Shown here: positions 41,701-56,700 of the stretch, one piece after another
Position numbering within the stretch: the first letter of the stretch is position 1
How the letters are laid out: each line of letters opens with the position of its first letter
Assembly: GCA_964016885.1 (NCBI GenBank)
Contig: OZ024742.1
Coordinates: 19,034,001-19,098,000 of the forward strand
DNA from: Eledone cirrhosa
Lineage: Eukaryota
Direction of reading: 5' to 3'
Length of the DNA stretch: 64,000 nucleotides
Program-made: the position numbers and the translations under genes
Notes under the pieces: generated by a model
Database searches by the model: none
What the model was told of the DNA's origin: nothing
What the model saw: the letters and a program-made list of their open reading frames with translations, nothing else

Positions 41701-44700
41701 ATTCTATCCAACGTGCTAACGACTCTGCCATTCTATCCTACGTTCTAACGACTCTGCCATTCTATCCTACGTTCTAACGACTCTGCCATTCTATCCTACG
41801 TTCTAACGACTCTGCCATTCTATCCTACGTTCTAACGACTCTGCCATTCTATCCAACGTTCTAACGACTCTGCTATTCTATCCAACGTTCTAACGACTCT
41901 GCCATTCTATCCTACGTTCAAACGACTCTGCCATTCTATCCTATGTTCTAACGACTCTTCCATTCTATCCTACGTCCTAATGACTCTGCCATTCTATCCG
42001 ACATTCTAACGACTCTGCCATTCTATCCTACGTTCTAACGACTCTGCCATTCTATCCTACGTTCTAACGACTCTGCCATTCTATCCTACGTTCTAACGAC
42101 TCTGCCATTCTATCCAACGTTCTAACGACTCTGCCATTCTATCCAACGTTCTAACGACTCTGCCATTCTATCCTACGTTCTACCGACTCTGCCATTCTAT
42201 CCTACGTTCTAACAACTCTGCCATTCTATCCTACGTTCTAACGACTCTGCCATTCTATCCTACGTTCTCACGACTCTGCCATTCTATCCTACGTTGTAAC
42301 GACTCTGCCATTCTATCCTACGTTCTAATGACTCTGCCATTCTATCCTACGTTCTAACGACTCTGCCATTCTATCCTACGTTCTAATAACTCTGCCATTC
42401 TATTCAACGTTCTAACGACTCTGCTATTCTATCCTACGTTCTAACGACTCTGCCATTCTATCCTACGTTCTAATGACTCTGCCATTCTATCCTACGTTCT
42501 CACGACTCTGCCATTCTATCCTACGTTCTAACGACTCTGCCATTCTATCCTACGTTTTAACAACTCTGCCATTCTATCCTACGTTCTCACGACTCTGCCA
42601 TTCTATCCTACGTTCTAATGACTCTGCCATTCTATCCTACGTTCTAACGACTCTGCCATTCTATCCTACGTTCTAACGACTCTGCCATTCTATCCTACGT
42701 TCTAATGACTCTGCCATTCTATCCTACGTTCTAACGACTCTGCCATTCTATCCTACGTTCTAATGACTCTGCCATTCTATCCTACGTTCTAACGACTCTG
42801 CCATTCTATCCTACGTTCTAACGACTCTGCCATTCTATCCTACGTTCTAATGACTCTGCCATTCTATCCTACGTTCTAACGACTCTGCCATTCTATCCTA
42901 CGTTCTAACGACTCTGCCATTCTATCCTACGTTCTAATGACTCTGCCATTCTATCCTACGTTCTAAGAACTCTGCCATTCTATCCTACGTTCTAACGACT
43001 CTGCCATTCTATCCTACGTTCTAACGACTCTGCCAATCTATCCTACGTTCTCACGACTCTGCCATTCTATCCTACGTTCTAACGACTCTGCCATTCTATC
43101 CTACGTTCTAACGACTCTGCCATTCTATTCAACGTTCTAACGACTCTGCCATTTTATCCTACGTTCTAACGACTCTGCCATTCTATCCTACGTTCTAACG
43201 ACTCTGCCATTCTATCCTACGTTCTAACGACTCTGCCATTCTATCCTACGTTCTAACGACTCTGCCATTCTATCCTACGTTCTAACGACTCTGCCATTCT
43301 ATCCAACGTTCTAACGACTCTGCTATTCTATCCAACGTTCTAACGACTCTGCCATTCTATCCTACGTTCTAACGACTCTGCCATTCTATCCTATGTTCTA
43401 ACGACTCTTCCATTCTATCCTACGTTCTAATGACTCTGCCATTCTATCCTACGTTCTAACGACTCTGCCATTCTATCCTACGTTCTAACGACTCTGCCAT
43501 TCTATCCTACGTTCTAATGACTCTGCCATTCTATCCTACGTTCTAACGACTCTGCCATTCTATCCTACGTTCTAACGACTCTGCCATTCTATCCTACGTT
43601 CTAATGACTCTGCCATTCTATCCTACGTTCTAACGACTCTGCCATTCTATCCTACGTTCTAATGACTCTGCCATTCTATCCTACGTTCTAAGAACTCTGC
43701 CATTCTATCCTACGTTCTAACGACTCTGCCATTCTATCCTACGTTCTAACGACTCTGCCAATCTATCCTACGTTCTCACGACTCTGCCATTCTATCCTAC
43801 GTTCTAACGACTCTGCCATTTTATCCTACGTTCTAACGACTCTGCCATTCTATCCTACGTTCTAACGACTCTGCCATTCTATCCTACGTTCTAACGACTC
43901 TGCCATTCTATCCTACGTTCTAACGACTCTGCCATTCTATCCTACGTTCTAACGACTCTGCCATTCTATCCAACGTTCTAACGACTCTGCTATTCTATCC
44001 AACGTTCTAACGACTCTGCCATTCTATCCTACGTTCTAACGACTCTGCCATTCTATCCTATGTTCTAACGACTCTTCCATTCTATCCTACGTTCTAATGA
44101 CTCTGCCATTCTATCCGACATTCTAACGACTCTGCCATTCTATCCTACGTTCTAACGACTCTGCCATTCTATCCTACGTTCTAACGACTCTGCCATTCTA
44201 TCCTACGTTCTAACGACTCTGCCATTCTATCCAATGTTCTAACGACTCTGCCATTCTATCCAACGTTCTAACGACTCTGCCATTCTATCCTACGTTCTAA
44301 CGACTCTGCCATTCTATCCTACGTTCTAACAACTCTGCCATTCTATCCTACGTTCTAACAACTCTGCCATTCTATCCTACGTTCTAATGACTCTGCCATT
44401 CTATCCTACGTTCTAACGACTCTGCCATTCTATCCTACGTTCTAATGACTCTGCCATTCTATCCTACGTTCTAACGACTCTGCCATTCTATCCTACGTTC
44501 TAACGACTCTGCCATTCTATCCTACGTTCTAACGACTCTGCCATTCTATCCTACGTTCTAATGACTCTGCCATTCTATCCTACGTTCTAACGACTCTGCC
44601 ATTCTATCCTACGTTCTAATGACTCTGCCATTCTATCCTACGTTCTAACGACTCTGCCATTCTATCCTACGTTCTAACGACTCTGCCATTCTATCCTACG

Positions 44701-47700
44701 TTCTAATGACTCTGCCATTCTATCCTACGTTCTAACGACTCTGCCATTCTATCCTACGTTCTAACGACTCTGCCATTCTATCCTACGTTCTAATGACTCT
44801 GCCATTCTATCCTACGTTCTAAGAACTCTGCCATTCTATCCTACGTTCTAACGACTCTGCCATTCTATCCTACGTTCTAACGACTCTGCCAATCTATCCT
44901 ACGTTCTCACGACTCTGCCATTCTATCCTACGTTCTAACGACTCTGCCATTTTATCCTACGTTCTAACGACTCTGCCATTCTATCCTACGTTCTAACGAC
45001 TCTGCCATTCTATCCTACGTTCTAACGACTCTGCCATTCTATCCTACGTTCTAACGACTCTGCCATTCTATCCTACGTTCTAACGACTCTGCCATTCTAT
45101 CCAACGTTCTAACGACTCTGCTATTCTATCCAACGTTCTAACGACTCTGCCATTCTATCCTACGTTCTAACGACTCTGCCATTCTATCCTATGTTCTAAC
45201 GACTCTTCCATTCTATCCTACGTTCTAATGACTCTGCCATTCTATCCGACATTCTAACGACTCTGCCATTCTATCCTACGTTCTAACGACTCTGCCATTC
45301 TATCCTACGTTCTAACGACTCTGCCATTCTATCCAACGTTCTAACGACTCTGCCATTCTATCCAACGTTCTAACGACTCTGCCATTCTATCCTACGTTCT
45401 ACCGACTCTGCCATTCTATCCTACGTTCTAACAACTCTGCCATTCTATCCTACGTTCTAACGACTCTGCCATTCTATCCTACGTTCTAACAACTCTGCCA
45501 TTCTATCCTATGTTCTAACGACTCTGCTATTCTATCCTACGTTCTAATGACTCTGCCATTCTATCCGGCATTCTAACGACTCTGCCATTTTATCCTACGT
45601 TCTAACGACTCCGCCATTCTATCCTACGTTCTAACGACTCTGCCATTCTATCCTACGTTCTCACGACTCTGCCATTCTATCCAACGTTCTAACGACTCTG
45701 CTATTCTATCCAACGTTCTAACGACTCTGCCATTCTATCCAACGTTCTAACGACTCTGCTATTCTATCCAACGTTCTAACGACTCTGCCATTCTATCCTA
45801 CGTTCTAACGACTCTGCCATTCTATCCAACGTTCTAATGACTCTGCCATTCTATCCTACGTTCTAACGACTCTGCCATTCTATCCTACGTTCTAACAACT
45901 CTGCCATTCTATCCAACGTTCTAACGACTTTGCTATTCTATCCTACGTTCTAATGACTCTGCCATTCTATCCAACGTTCTAACGACTCTGCCATTCTATC
46001 CTACGTTCTAACGACTCTGCCATTCTATCCTACGTTCTAACGACTCTGCCATTCTATCCAACGTTCTAACGACTCTGCTATTCTATCCAACGTTCTAACG
46101 ACTCTGCCATTCTATCCAACGTTCTAACGACTCTGCCATTCTATCCAACGTTCTAACGACTCTGCTATTCTATCCAACGTTCTAACGACTCTGCTATTCT
46201 ATCCAACGTTCTAACGACTCTGCCATTCTATCCTACGTTCTAACGACTCTGCCATTCTATCCTACGTTCTAACGACTCTGCCATTCTATCCAACGTTCTA
46301 ACGACTCTGCCATTCTATCCAACGTTCTAACGACTCTGCTATTCTATCCAACGTTCTAACGACTCTGCTATTCTATCCAACGTTCTAACGACTCTGCCAT
46401 TCTATCCAACGTTCTAACGACTCTGCCATTGTATCCAACGTTCGAACGACTCTGCCATTCTATCCTACGTTCTAACGACTCTGCCATTCTATCCTACGTT
46501 CTAACAACTCTGCCATTCTATCCTACGTTCTAACGACTCTGCCATTCTATCCTACGTTCTAATGACTCTGCCATTCTATCCTACGTTCTCACGACTCTGC
46601 CAATCTATCCTACGTTCTAACGACTCTGCCATTCTATCCTACGTTCTAACAACTCTGCCATTCTATCCTACGTTCTAACAACTCTGCCATTCTATCCTAC
46701 GTTCTAACGACTCTGCCATTCTATCCTACGTTTTAACAACTCTGCCATTCTATCCTACGTTCTAACGACTCTGCCATTCTATCCTACGTTCTCACGACTC
46801 TGCCATTCTATCCTACGTTCTAATGACTCTGCCATTCTATCCTACGTTCTAACGACTCTGCCATTCTATCCTACGTTCTAATGACTCTGCCATTCTATCC
46901 TACGTTCTAACGATTCTGCCATTCTATCCTACGTTCTAACGACTCTGCCATTCTATCCTACGTTCTAACGACTCTGCCATTCTATCCTACGTTCTAACGA
47001 CTCTGCCATTCTATCCTACGTTCTAATGACTCTGCCATTCTATCCTACGTTCTAAGAACTCTGCCATTCTATCCTACGTTCTAACGACTCTGCCATTCTA
47101 TCCTACGTTCTAACGACTCTGCCAATCTATCCTACGTTCTCACGACTCTGCCATTCTATCCTACGTTCTAACGACTCTGCCATTTTATCCTACGTTCTAA
47201 CGACTCTGCGATTCTATCCTACGTTCTAACGACTCTGCCATTCTATCCTACGTTCTAACGACTCAGCCATTCTATCCTACGTTCTAACGACTCTGCCATT
47301 CTATCCAACGTTCTAACGACTCTGCTATTCTATCCAACGTTCTAACGACTCTGCCATTCTATCCTACGTTCTAACGACTCTGCCATTCTATCCTATGTTC
47401 TAACGACTCTTCCATTCTATCCAACGTTCTAACGACTCTGCTATTCTATCCAACGTTCTAACGACTCTGCCATTCTATCCTACGTTCTAACGACTCTGCC
47501 ATTCTATCCTATGTTCTAACGACTCTTCCATTCTATCCTACGTTCTAATGACTCTGCCATTCTATCCGACATTCTAACGACTCTGCCATTCTATCCTACG
47601 TTCTAACGACTCTGCCATTCTATCCTACGTTCTAACGACTCTGCCATTCTATCCTACGTTCTAACGACTCTGCCATTCTATCCAACGTTCTAACGACTCT

Positions 47701-50700
47701 GCCATTCTATCCAACGTTCTAACGACTCTGCCATTCTATCCTACGTTCTACCGACTCTGCCATTCTATCCTACGTTCTAACAACTCTGCCATTCTATCCT
47801 ACGTTCTAACGACTCTGCCATTCTATCCTACGTTCTAACGACTCTGCCATTCTATCCTACGTTCTAACGACTCTGCCATTCTATCCTACGTTCTCACGAC
47901 TCTGCCATTCTATCCTACGTTCTAACGACTCTGCCATTCTATCCTACGTTCTAATGACTCTGCCATTCTATCCTACGTTCTAACGACTCTGCCATTCTAT
48001 CCTACGTTCTATTGACTCTGCCATTCTATCCTACGTTCTAACGACTCTGCCATTCTATCCTACGTTCTAACGACTCTGCCATTCTATCCTACGTTCTAAT
48101 AACTCTGCCATTCTATTCAACGTTCTAACGACTCTGCTATTCTATCCTACGTTCTAACGACTCTGCCATTCTATCCTACGTTCTAACGACTCTGCCATTC
48201 TATCCTACGTTCTAACGACTCTGCCATTCTATCCTACGTTCTAACAACTCTGCCATTCTATCCTACGTTCTAACAACTCTGCCATTCTATCCTACGTTCT
48301 AATGACTCTGCCATTCTATCATACGTTCTAACGACTCTGCCATTCTATCCTACGTTCTAATGACTCTGCCATTCTATCCTACGTTCTAACGACTCTGCCA
48401 TTCTTTCCTACGTTCTAACGACTCTGCCATTCTATCCTACGTTCTAACGACTCTGCCATTCTATCCTACGTTCTAATGACTCTGCCATTCTATCCTACGT
48501 TCTAACGACTGTGCCATTCTATCCTACGTTCTAATGACTCTGCCATTCTATCCTACGTTCTAACGACTCTGCCATTCTATCCTACGTTCTAACGACTCTG
48601 CCATTCTATCCTACGTTCTAATGACTCTGCCATTCTATCCTACGTTCTAACGACTCTGCCATTCTATCCTACGTTCTAACGACTCTGCCATTCTATCCTA
48701 CGTTCTAATGACTCTGCCATTCTATCCTACGTTCTAAGAACTCTGCCATTCTATCCTACGTTCTAACGACTCTGCCATTCTATCCTACGTTCTAACGACT
48801 CTGCCATTCTATCCTACGTTCTAAGAACTCTGCCATTCTATCCTACGTTCTAACGACTCTGCCATTCTATCCTACGTTCTAACGACTCTGCCAATCTATC
48901 CTACGTTCTAACGACTCTGCCATTCTATCCTACGTTCTAACGACTCTGCCATTCTATCCTACGTTCTAACGACTCTGCCATTCTATCCTACGTTCTAACG
49001 ACTCTGCCATTCTATCCAACGTTCTAACGACTCTGCCATTCTATCCAACGTGCTAACGACTCTGCCATTCTATCCTACGTTCTAACGACTCTGCCATTCT
49101 ATCCTACGTTCTAACGACTCTGCCATTCTATCCTACGTTCTAACGACTCTGCCATTCTATCCTACGTTCTAACGACTCTGCCATTCTATCCAACGTTCTA
49201 ACGACTCTGCTATTCTATCCAACGTTCTAACGACTCTGCCATTCTATCCTACGTTCAAACGACTCTGCCATTCTATCCTATGTTCTAACGACTCTTCCAT
49301 TCTATCCTACGTCCTAATGACTCTGCCATTCTATCCGACATTCTAACGACTCTGCCATTCTATCCTACGTTCTAACGACTCTGCCATTCTATCCTACGTT
49401 CTAACGACTCTGCCATTCTATCCTACGTTCTAACGACTCTGCCATTCTATCCAACGTTCTAACGACTCTGCCATTCTATCCAACGTTCTAACGACTCTGC
49501 CATTCTATCCTACGTTCTACCGACTCTGCCATTCTATCCTACGTTCTAACAACTCTGCCATTCTATCCTACGTTCTAACGACTCTGCCATTCTATCCTAC
49601 GTTCTCACGACTCTGCCATTCTATCCTACGTTGTAACGACTCTGCCATTCTATCCTACGTTCTAATGACTCTGCCATTCTATCCTACGTTCTAACGACTC
49701 TGCCATTCTATCCTACGTTCTAATAACTCTGCCATTCTATTCAACGTTCTAACGACTCTGCTATTCTATCCTACGTTCTAACGACTCTGCCATTCTATCC
49801 TACGTTCTAATGACTCTGCCATTCTATCCTACGTTCTCACGACTCTGCCATTCTATCCTACGTTCTAACGACTCTGCCATTCTATCCTACGTTTTAACAA
49901 CTCTGCCATTCTATCCTACGTTCTCACGACTCTGCCATTCTATCCTACGTTCTAATGACTCTGCCATTCTATCCTACGTTCTAACGACTCTGCCATTCTA
50001 TCCTAAGTTCTAATGACTCTGCCATTCTATCCTACGTTCTAACGACTCTGCCATTCTATCCTACGTTCTAATGACTCTGCCATTCTATCCTACGTTCTCA
50101 CGACTCTGCCATTCTATCCTACGTTCTAACGACTCTGCCATTCTATCCTACGTTTTAACAACTCTGCCATTCTATCCTACGTTCTCACGACTCTGCCATT
50201 CTATCCTACGTTCTAATGACTCTGCCATTCTATCCTACGTTTTAACAACTCTGCCATTCTATCCTACGTTTTAACAACTCTGCCATTCTATCCTACGTTC
50301 TCACGACTCTGCCATTCTATCCTACGTTCTAACGACTCTGCCATTCTATCCTACGTTCTAATGACTCTGCCATTCTATCCTACGTTCTAACGACTCTGCC
50401 ATTCTATCCTACGTTCTAATGACTCTGCCATTCTATCCTACGTTCTAACGACTCTGCCATTCTATCCTACGTTCTAACGACTCTGCCATTCTATCCTACG
50501 TTCTAATGACTCTGCCATTCTATCCTACGTTCTAAGAACTCTGCCATTCTATCCTACGTTCTAACGACTCTGCCAATCTATCCTACGTTCTCACGACTCT
50601 GCCATTCTATCCTACGTTCTAACGACTCTGCCATTTTATCCTACGTTCTAACGACTCTGCCATTCTATCATACGTTCTAACGACTCTGCCATTCTATCCT

Positions 50701-53700
50701 ACGTTCTAACGACTCTGCCATTCTATCCTACGTTCTAATGACTCTGCCATTCTATCCTACGTTCTAAGAACTCTGCCATTCTATCCTACGTTCTAACGAC
50801 TCTGCCAATCTATCCTACGTTCTCACGACTCTGCCATTCTATCCTACGTTCTAACGACTCTGCCATTTTATCCTACGTTCTAACGACTCTGCCATTCTAT
50901 CCTACGTTCTAACGACTCTGCCATTCTATCCTACGTTCTAACGACTCTGCCATTCTATCCTACGTTCTAACGACTCTGCCATTCTATCCTACGTTCTAAC
51001 GACTCTGCCATTCTATCCAACGTTCTAACGACTCTACTATTCTATCCAACGTTCTAACGACTCTGCCATTCTATCCTACGTTCTAACGACTCTGCCATTC
51101 TATCCTATGTTCTAACGACTCTTCCATTCTATCCTACGTTCTAATGACTCTGCCATTCTATCCGACATTCTAACGACTCTGCCATTCTATCCTACGTTCT
51201 AACGACTCTGCCATTCTATCCTACGTTCTAATGACTCTGCCATTTTATCCTACGTTCTAACGACTCTGCCATTCTATCCAACGTTCTAACGACTCTGCCA
51301 TTCTATCCAACGTTCTAACGACTCTGCCATTCTATCCTACGTTCTAACGACTCTGCCATTCTATCCTACGTTCTAACAACTCTGCCATTCTATCCTACGT
51401 TCTAACAAATCTGCCATTCTATCCTACGTTCTAATGACTCTGCCATTCTATCCTACGTTCTAACGACTCTGCCATTCTATCCTACGTTCTAATGACTCTG
51501 CCATTCTATCCTACGTTCTAACGACTCTGCCATTCTATCCTACGTTCTAACGACTCTGCCATTCTATCCTACGTTCTAACGACTCTGCCATTCTATCCTA
51601 CGTCCTAATGACTCTGCCATTCTATCCTACGTTCTAACGACTCTGCCATTCTATCCTACGTTCTAATGACTCTGCCATTCTATCCTACGTTCTAACGACT
51701 CTGCCATTCTATCCTACGTTCTAACGACTCTGCCATTCTATCCTACGTTCTAATGACTCTGCCATTCTATCCTACGTTCTAACGACTCTGCCATTCTATC
51801 CTACGTTCTAACGACTCTGCCATTCTATCCTACGTTCTAATGACTCTGCCATTCTATCCTACGTTCTAAGAACTCTGCCATTCTATCCTACGTTCTAACG
51901 ACTCTGCCATTCTATCCTACGTTCTAACGACTCTGCCAATCTATCCTACGTTCTCACGACTCTGCCATTCTATCCTACGTTCTAACGACTCTGCCATTTT
52001 ATCCTACGTTCTAACGACTCTGCCATTCTATCCTACGTTCTAACGACTCTGCCATTCTATCCTACGTTCTAACGACTCTGCCATTCTATCCTACGTTCTA
52101 ACGACTCTGCCATTCTATCCTACGTTCTAACGACTCTGCCATTCTATCCAACGTTCTAACGACTCTGCTATTCTATCCAACGTTCTAACGACTCTGCCAT
52201 TCTATCCTACGTTCTAACGACTCTGCCATTCTATCCTATGTTCTAACGACTCTTCCATTCTATCCTACGTTCTAATGACTCTGCCATTCTATCCGACATT
52301 CTAACGACTCTGCCATTCTATCCTACGTTCTAACGACTCTGCCATTCTATCCTACGTTCTAACGACTCTGCCATTCTATCCTACGTTCTAACGACTCTGC
52401 CATTCTATCCAACGTTCTAACGACTCTGCCATTCTATCCAACGTTCTAACGACTCTGCCATTCTATCCTACGTTCTACCGACTCTGCCATTCTATCCTAC
52501 GTTCTAACAACTCTGCCATTCTATCCTACGTTCTAACGACTCTGCCATTCTATCCTACGTTCTCACGACTCTGCCATTCTATCCTACGTTCTAACGACTC
52601 TGCCATTCTATCCTACGTTCTAATGACTCTGCCATTCTATCCTACGTTCTAACGACTCTGCCATTCTATCCTACGTTCTAATAACTCTGCCATTCTATTC
52701 AACGTTCTAACGACTCTGCCATTCTATCCTACGTTCTAATGACTCTGCCATTCTATCCTACGTTTTAACAACTCTGCCATTCTATCCTACGTTCTAACGA
52801 CTCTGCCATTCTATCCTACGTTCTCACGACTCTGCCATTCTATCCTACGTTCTAATGACTCTGCCATTCTATCCTACGTTCTAACGACTCTGCCATTCTA
52901 TCCTACGTTCTAAAGACTCTGCCATTCTATCCTACGTTCTAACGACTCTGCCATTCTATCCTACGTTCTAACGACTCTGCCATTCTATCCTACGTTCTAA
53001 TGACTCTGCCATTCTATCCTACGTTCTAACGACTCTGCCATTCTATCCTACGTTCTAACGACTCTGCCATTCTATCCTACGTTCTAACGACTCTGCCATT
53101 CTATCCTACGTTCTAACGACTCTGCCATTCTATCCTACGTTCTAATGACTCTGCCATTCTATCCTACGTTCTAACGACTCTGCCATTCTATCCTACGTTC
53201 TAACGACTCTGCCATTCTATCCTACGTTCTAACGACTCTGCCATTCTATCCTACGTTCTAACGACTCTGCCAATCTATCCTACGTTCTCACAACTCTGCC
53301 ATTCTATCCTACGTTCTAACGACTCTGCCATTCTATCCTACGTTCTCTCGACTCTGCCATTCTATCCTACGTTCTAACGACTCTGCCATTCTATCCTACG
53401 TTCTAACAACTCTGCCATTCTATCCTACGTTCTAACGACTCTGCCATTCTATCCTACGTTCTCTCGACTCTGCCATTCTATCCTACGTTCTAACGACTCT
53501 GCCATTCTATCCTACGTTCTAACAACTCTGCCATTCTATCCAACGTTCTAACGACTCTGCTATTCTATCCTACGTTCTAACGACTCTGCCATTCTATCCT
53601 ACGTTCTAACAACTCTGCCATTCTATCCTACGTTCTAAGTCTCTGCCATTCTATCCGACATTCTAACAACTCTGCCATTCTATCCTACGTTCTAATGACT

Positions 53701-56700
53701 CTGCCATTCTATCCTACGTTCTAACAACTCTGCCATTCTATCCTACGTTCTCACGACTCTGCCATTCTATCCTACGTTCTCACGACTCTGCCATTCTATC
53801 CTACGTTCTAACGACTCTGCCATTCTATCCTACGTTCTAATCACTCTGCCATTCTATCCTACGTTCTAACGACTCTGCCATTCTATCCTACGTTCTCACG
53901 ACTCTGCCATTCTATCCTACGTTCTAACAACTCTGCCATTCTATCCTACGTTCTAACGACTCTTCCATTCTATCCTACGTTCTAATGACTCTGCCATTCT
54001 ATCCGACATTCTAACGACTCTGCCATTCTATCATACGTTCTAACGACTCTGCCATTCTATCCTACGTTCTAACGACTCTGCCATTCTATCCAACGTTCTA
54101 ACGACTCTGCTATTCTATCCAACGTTCTAACGACTCTGCTACTCTATTCAACGTTCTAACGACTCTGCCATTCTATCCAACGTTCTAACGACTCTGCTAT
54201 TCTATCCAACGTTCTAACGACTCTGCCATTCTATCCAACGTTCTAACGACTCTGCTATTCTATCCAACGTTCTAACGACTCTGCCATTCTATCCAACGTT
54301 CTAACGACTCTGCCATTCTATCCAACGTTCTAACGACTCTGCCATTCTATCCTACGTTCTAACAACTCTGCCATTCTATCCTACGTTCTAACGACTCTGC
54401 CATTCTATCCTACGTTCTAACGACTCTGCCATTCTATCCTACGTTCTAACAACTCTGCCATTCTATCCTATGTTCTAACGACTCTGCTATTCTATCCTAC
54501 GTTCTAATGACTCTGCCATTCTATCCGGCATTCTAACGACTCTGCCATTTTATCCTACGTTCTAACGACTCCGCCATTCTATCCTACGTTCTAACGACTC
54601 TGCCATTCTATCCTACGTTCTCACGACTCTGCCATTCTATCCAACGTTCTAACGACTCTGCTATTCTATCCAACGTTCTAACGACTCTGCCATTCTATCC
54701 AACGTTCTAACGACTCTGCTATTCTATCCAACGTTCTAACGACTCTGCCATTCTATCCTACGTTCTAACGACTCTGCCATTCTATCCAACGTTCTAATGA
54801 CTCTGCCATTCTATCCTACGTTCTAACGACTCTGCCATTCTATCCTACGTTCTAACAACTCTGCCATTCTATCCAACGTTCTAACGACTTTGCTATTCTA
54901 TCCTACGTTCTAATGACTCTGCCATTCTATCCAACGTTCTAACGACTCTGCCATTCTATCCTACGTTCTAACGACTCTGCCATTCTATCCTACGTTCTAA
55001 CGACTCTGCCATTCTATCCAACGTTCTAACGACTCTGCTATTCTATCCAACGTTCTAACGACTCTGCCATTCTATCCAACGTTCTAACGACTCTGCCATT
55101 CTATCCAACGTTCTAACGACTCTGCTATTCTATCCAACGTTCTAACGACTCTGCTATTCTATCCAACGTTCTAACGACTCTGCCATTCTATCCTACGTTC
55201 TAACGACTCTGCCATTCTATCCTACGTTCTAACGACTCTGCCATTCTATCCAACGTTCTAACGACTCTGCCATTCTATCCAACGTTCTAACGACTCTGCT
55301 ATTCTATCCAACGTTCTAACGACTCTGCTATTCTATCCAACGTTCTAACGACTCTGCCATTCTATCCAACGTTCTAACGACTCTGCCATTGTATCCAACG
55401 TTCTAACGACTCTGCCATTCTATCCTACGTTCTAACGACTCTGCCATTCTATCCTACGTTCTAACAACTCTGCCATTCTATCCTACGTTCTAACGACTCT
55501 GCCATTCTATCCTACGTTCTAATGACTCTGCCATTCTATCCTACGTTCTCACGACTCTGCCATTCTATCCTACGTTTTAACAACTCTGCCATTCTATCCT
55601 ACGTTCTAACGACTCTGCCATTCTATCCTACGTTCTCACGACTCTGCCATTCTATCCTACGTTCTAATGACTCTGCCATTCTATCCTACGTTCTAACGAC
55701 TCTGCCATTCTATCCTACGTTCTAATGACTCTGCCATTCTATCCTACGTTCTAACGATTCTGCCATTCTATCCTACGTTCTAACGACTCTGCCATTCTAT
55801 CCTACGTTCTAACGACTCTGCCATTCTATCCTACGTTCTAACGACTCTGCCATTCTATCCTACGTTCTAATGACTCTGCCATTCTATCCTACGTTCTAAG
55901 AACTCTGCCATTCTATCCTACGTTCTAACGACTCTGCCATTCTATCCTACGTTCTAACGACTCTGCCAATCTATCCTACGTTCTCACGACTCTGCCATTC
56001 TATCCTACGTTCTAACGACTCTGCCATTTTATCCTACGTTCTAACGACTCTGCGATTCTATCCTACGTTCTAACGACTCTGCCATTCTATCCTACGTTCT
56101 AACGACTCAGCCATTCTATCCTACGTTCTAACGACTCTGCCATTCTATCCAACGTTCTAACGACTCTGCTATTCTATCCAACGTTCTAACGACTCTGCCA
56201 TTCTATCCTACGTTCTAACGACTCTGCCATTCTATCCTATGTTCTAACGACTCTTCCATTCTATCCAACGTTCTAACGACTCTGCTATTCTATCCAACGT
56301 TCTAACGACTCTGCCATTCTATCCTACGTTCTAACGACTCTGCCATTCTATCCTATGTTCTAACGACTCTTCCATTCTATCCTACGTTCTAATGACTCTG
56401 CCATTCTATCCGACATTCTAACGACTCTGCCATTCTATCCTACGTTCTAACGACTCTGCCATTCTATCCTACGTTCTAACGACTCTGCCATTCTATCCTA
56501 CGTTCTAACGACTCTGCCATTCTATCCAACGTTCTAACGACTCTGCCATTCTATCCAACGTTCTAACGACTCTGCCATTCTATCCTACGTTCTACCGACT
56601 CTGCCATTCTATCCTACGTTCTAACAACTCTGCCATTCTATCCTACGTTCTAACGACTCTGCCATTCTATCCTACGTTCTAACGACTCTGCCATTCTATC

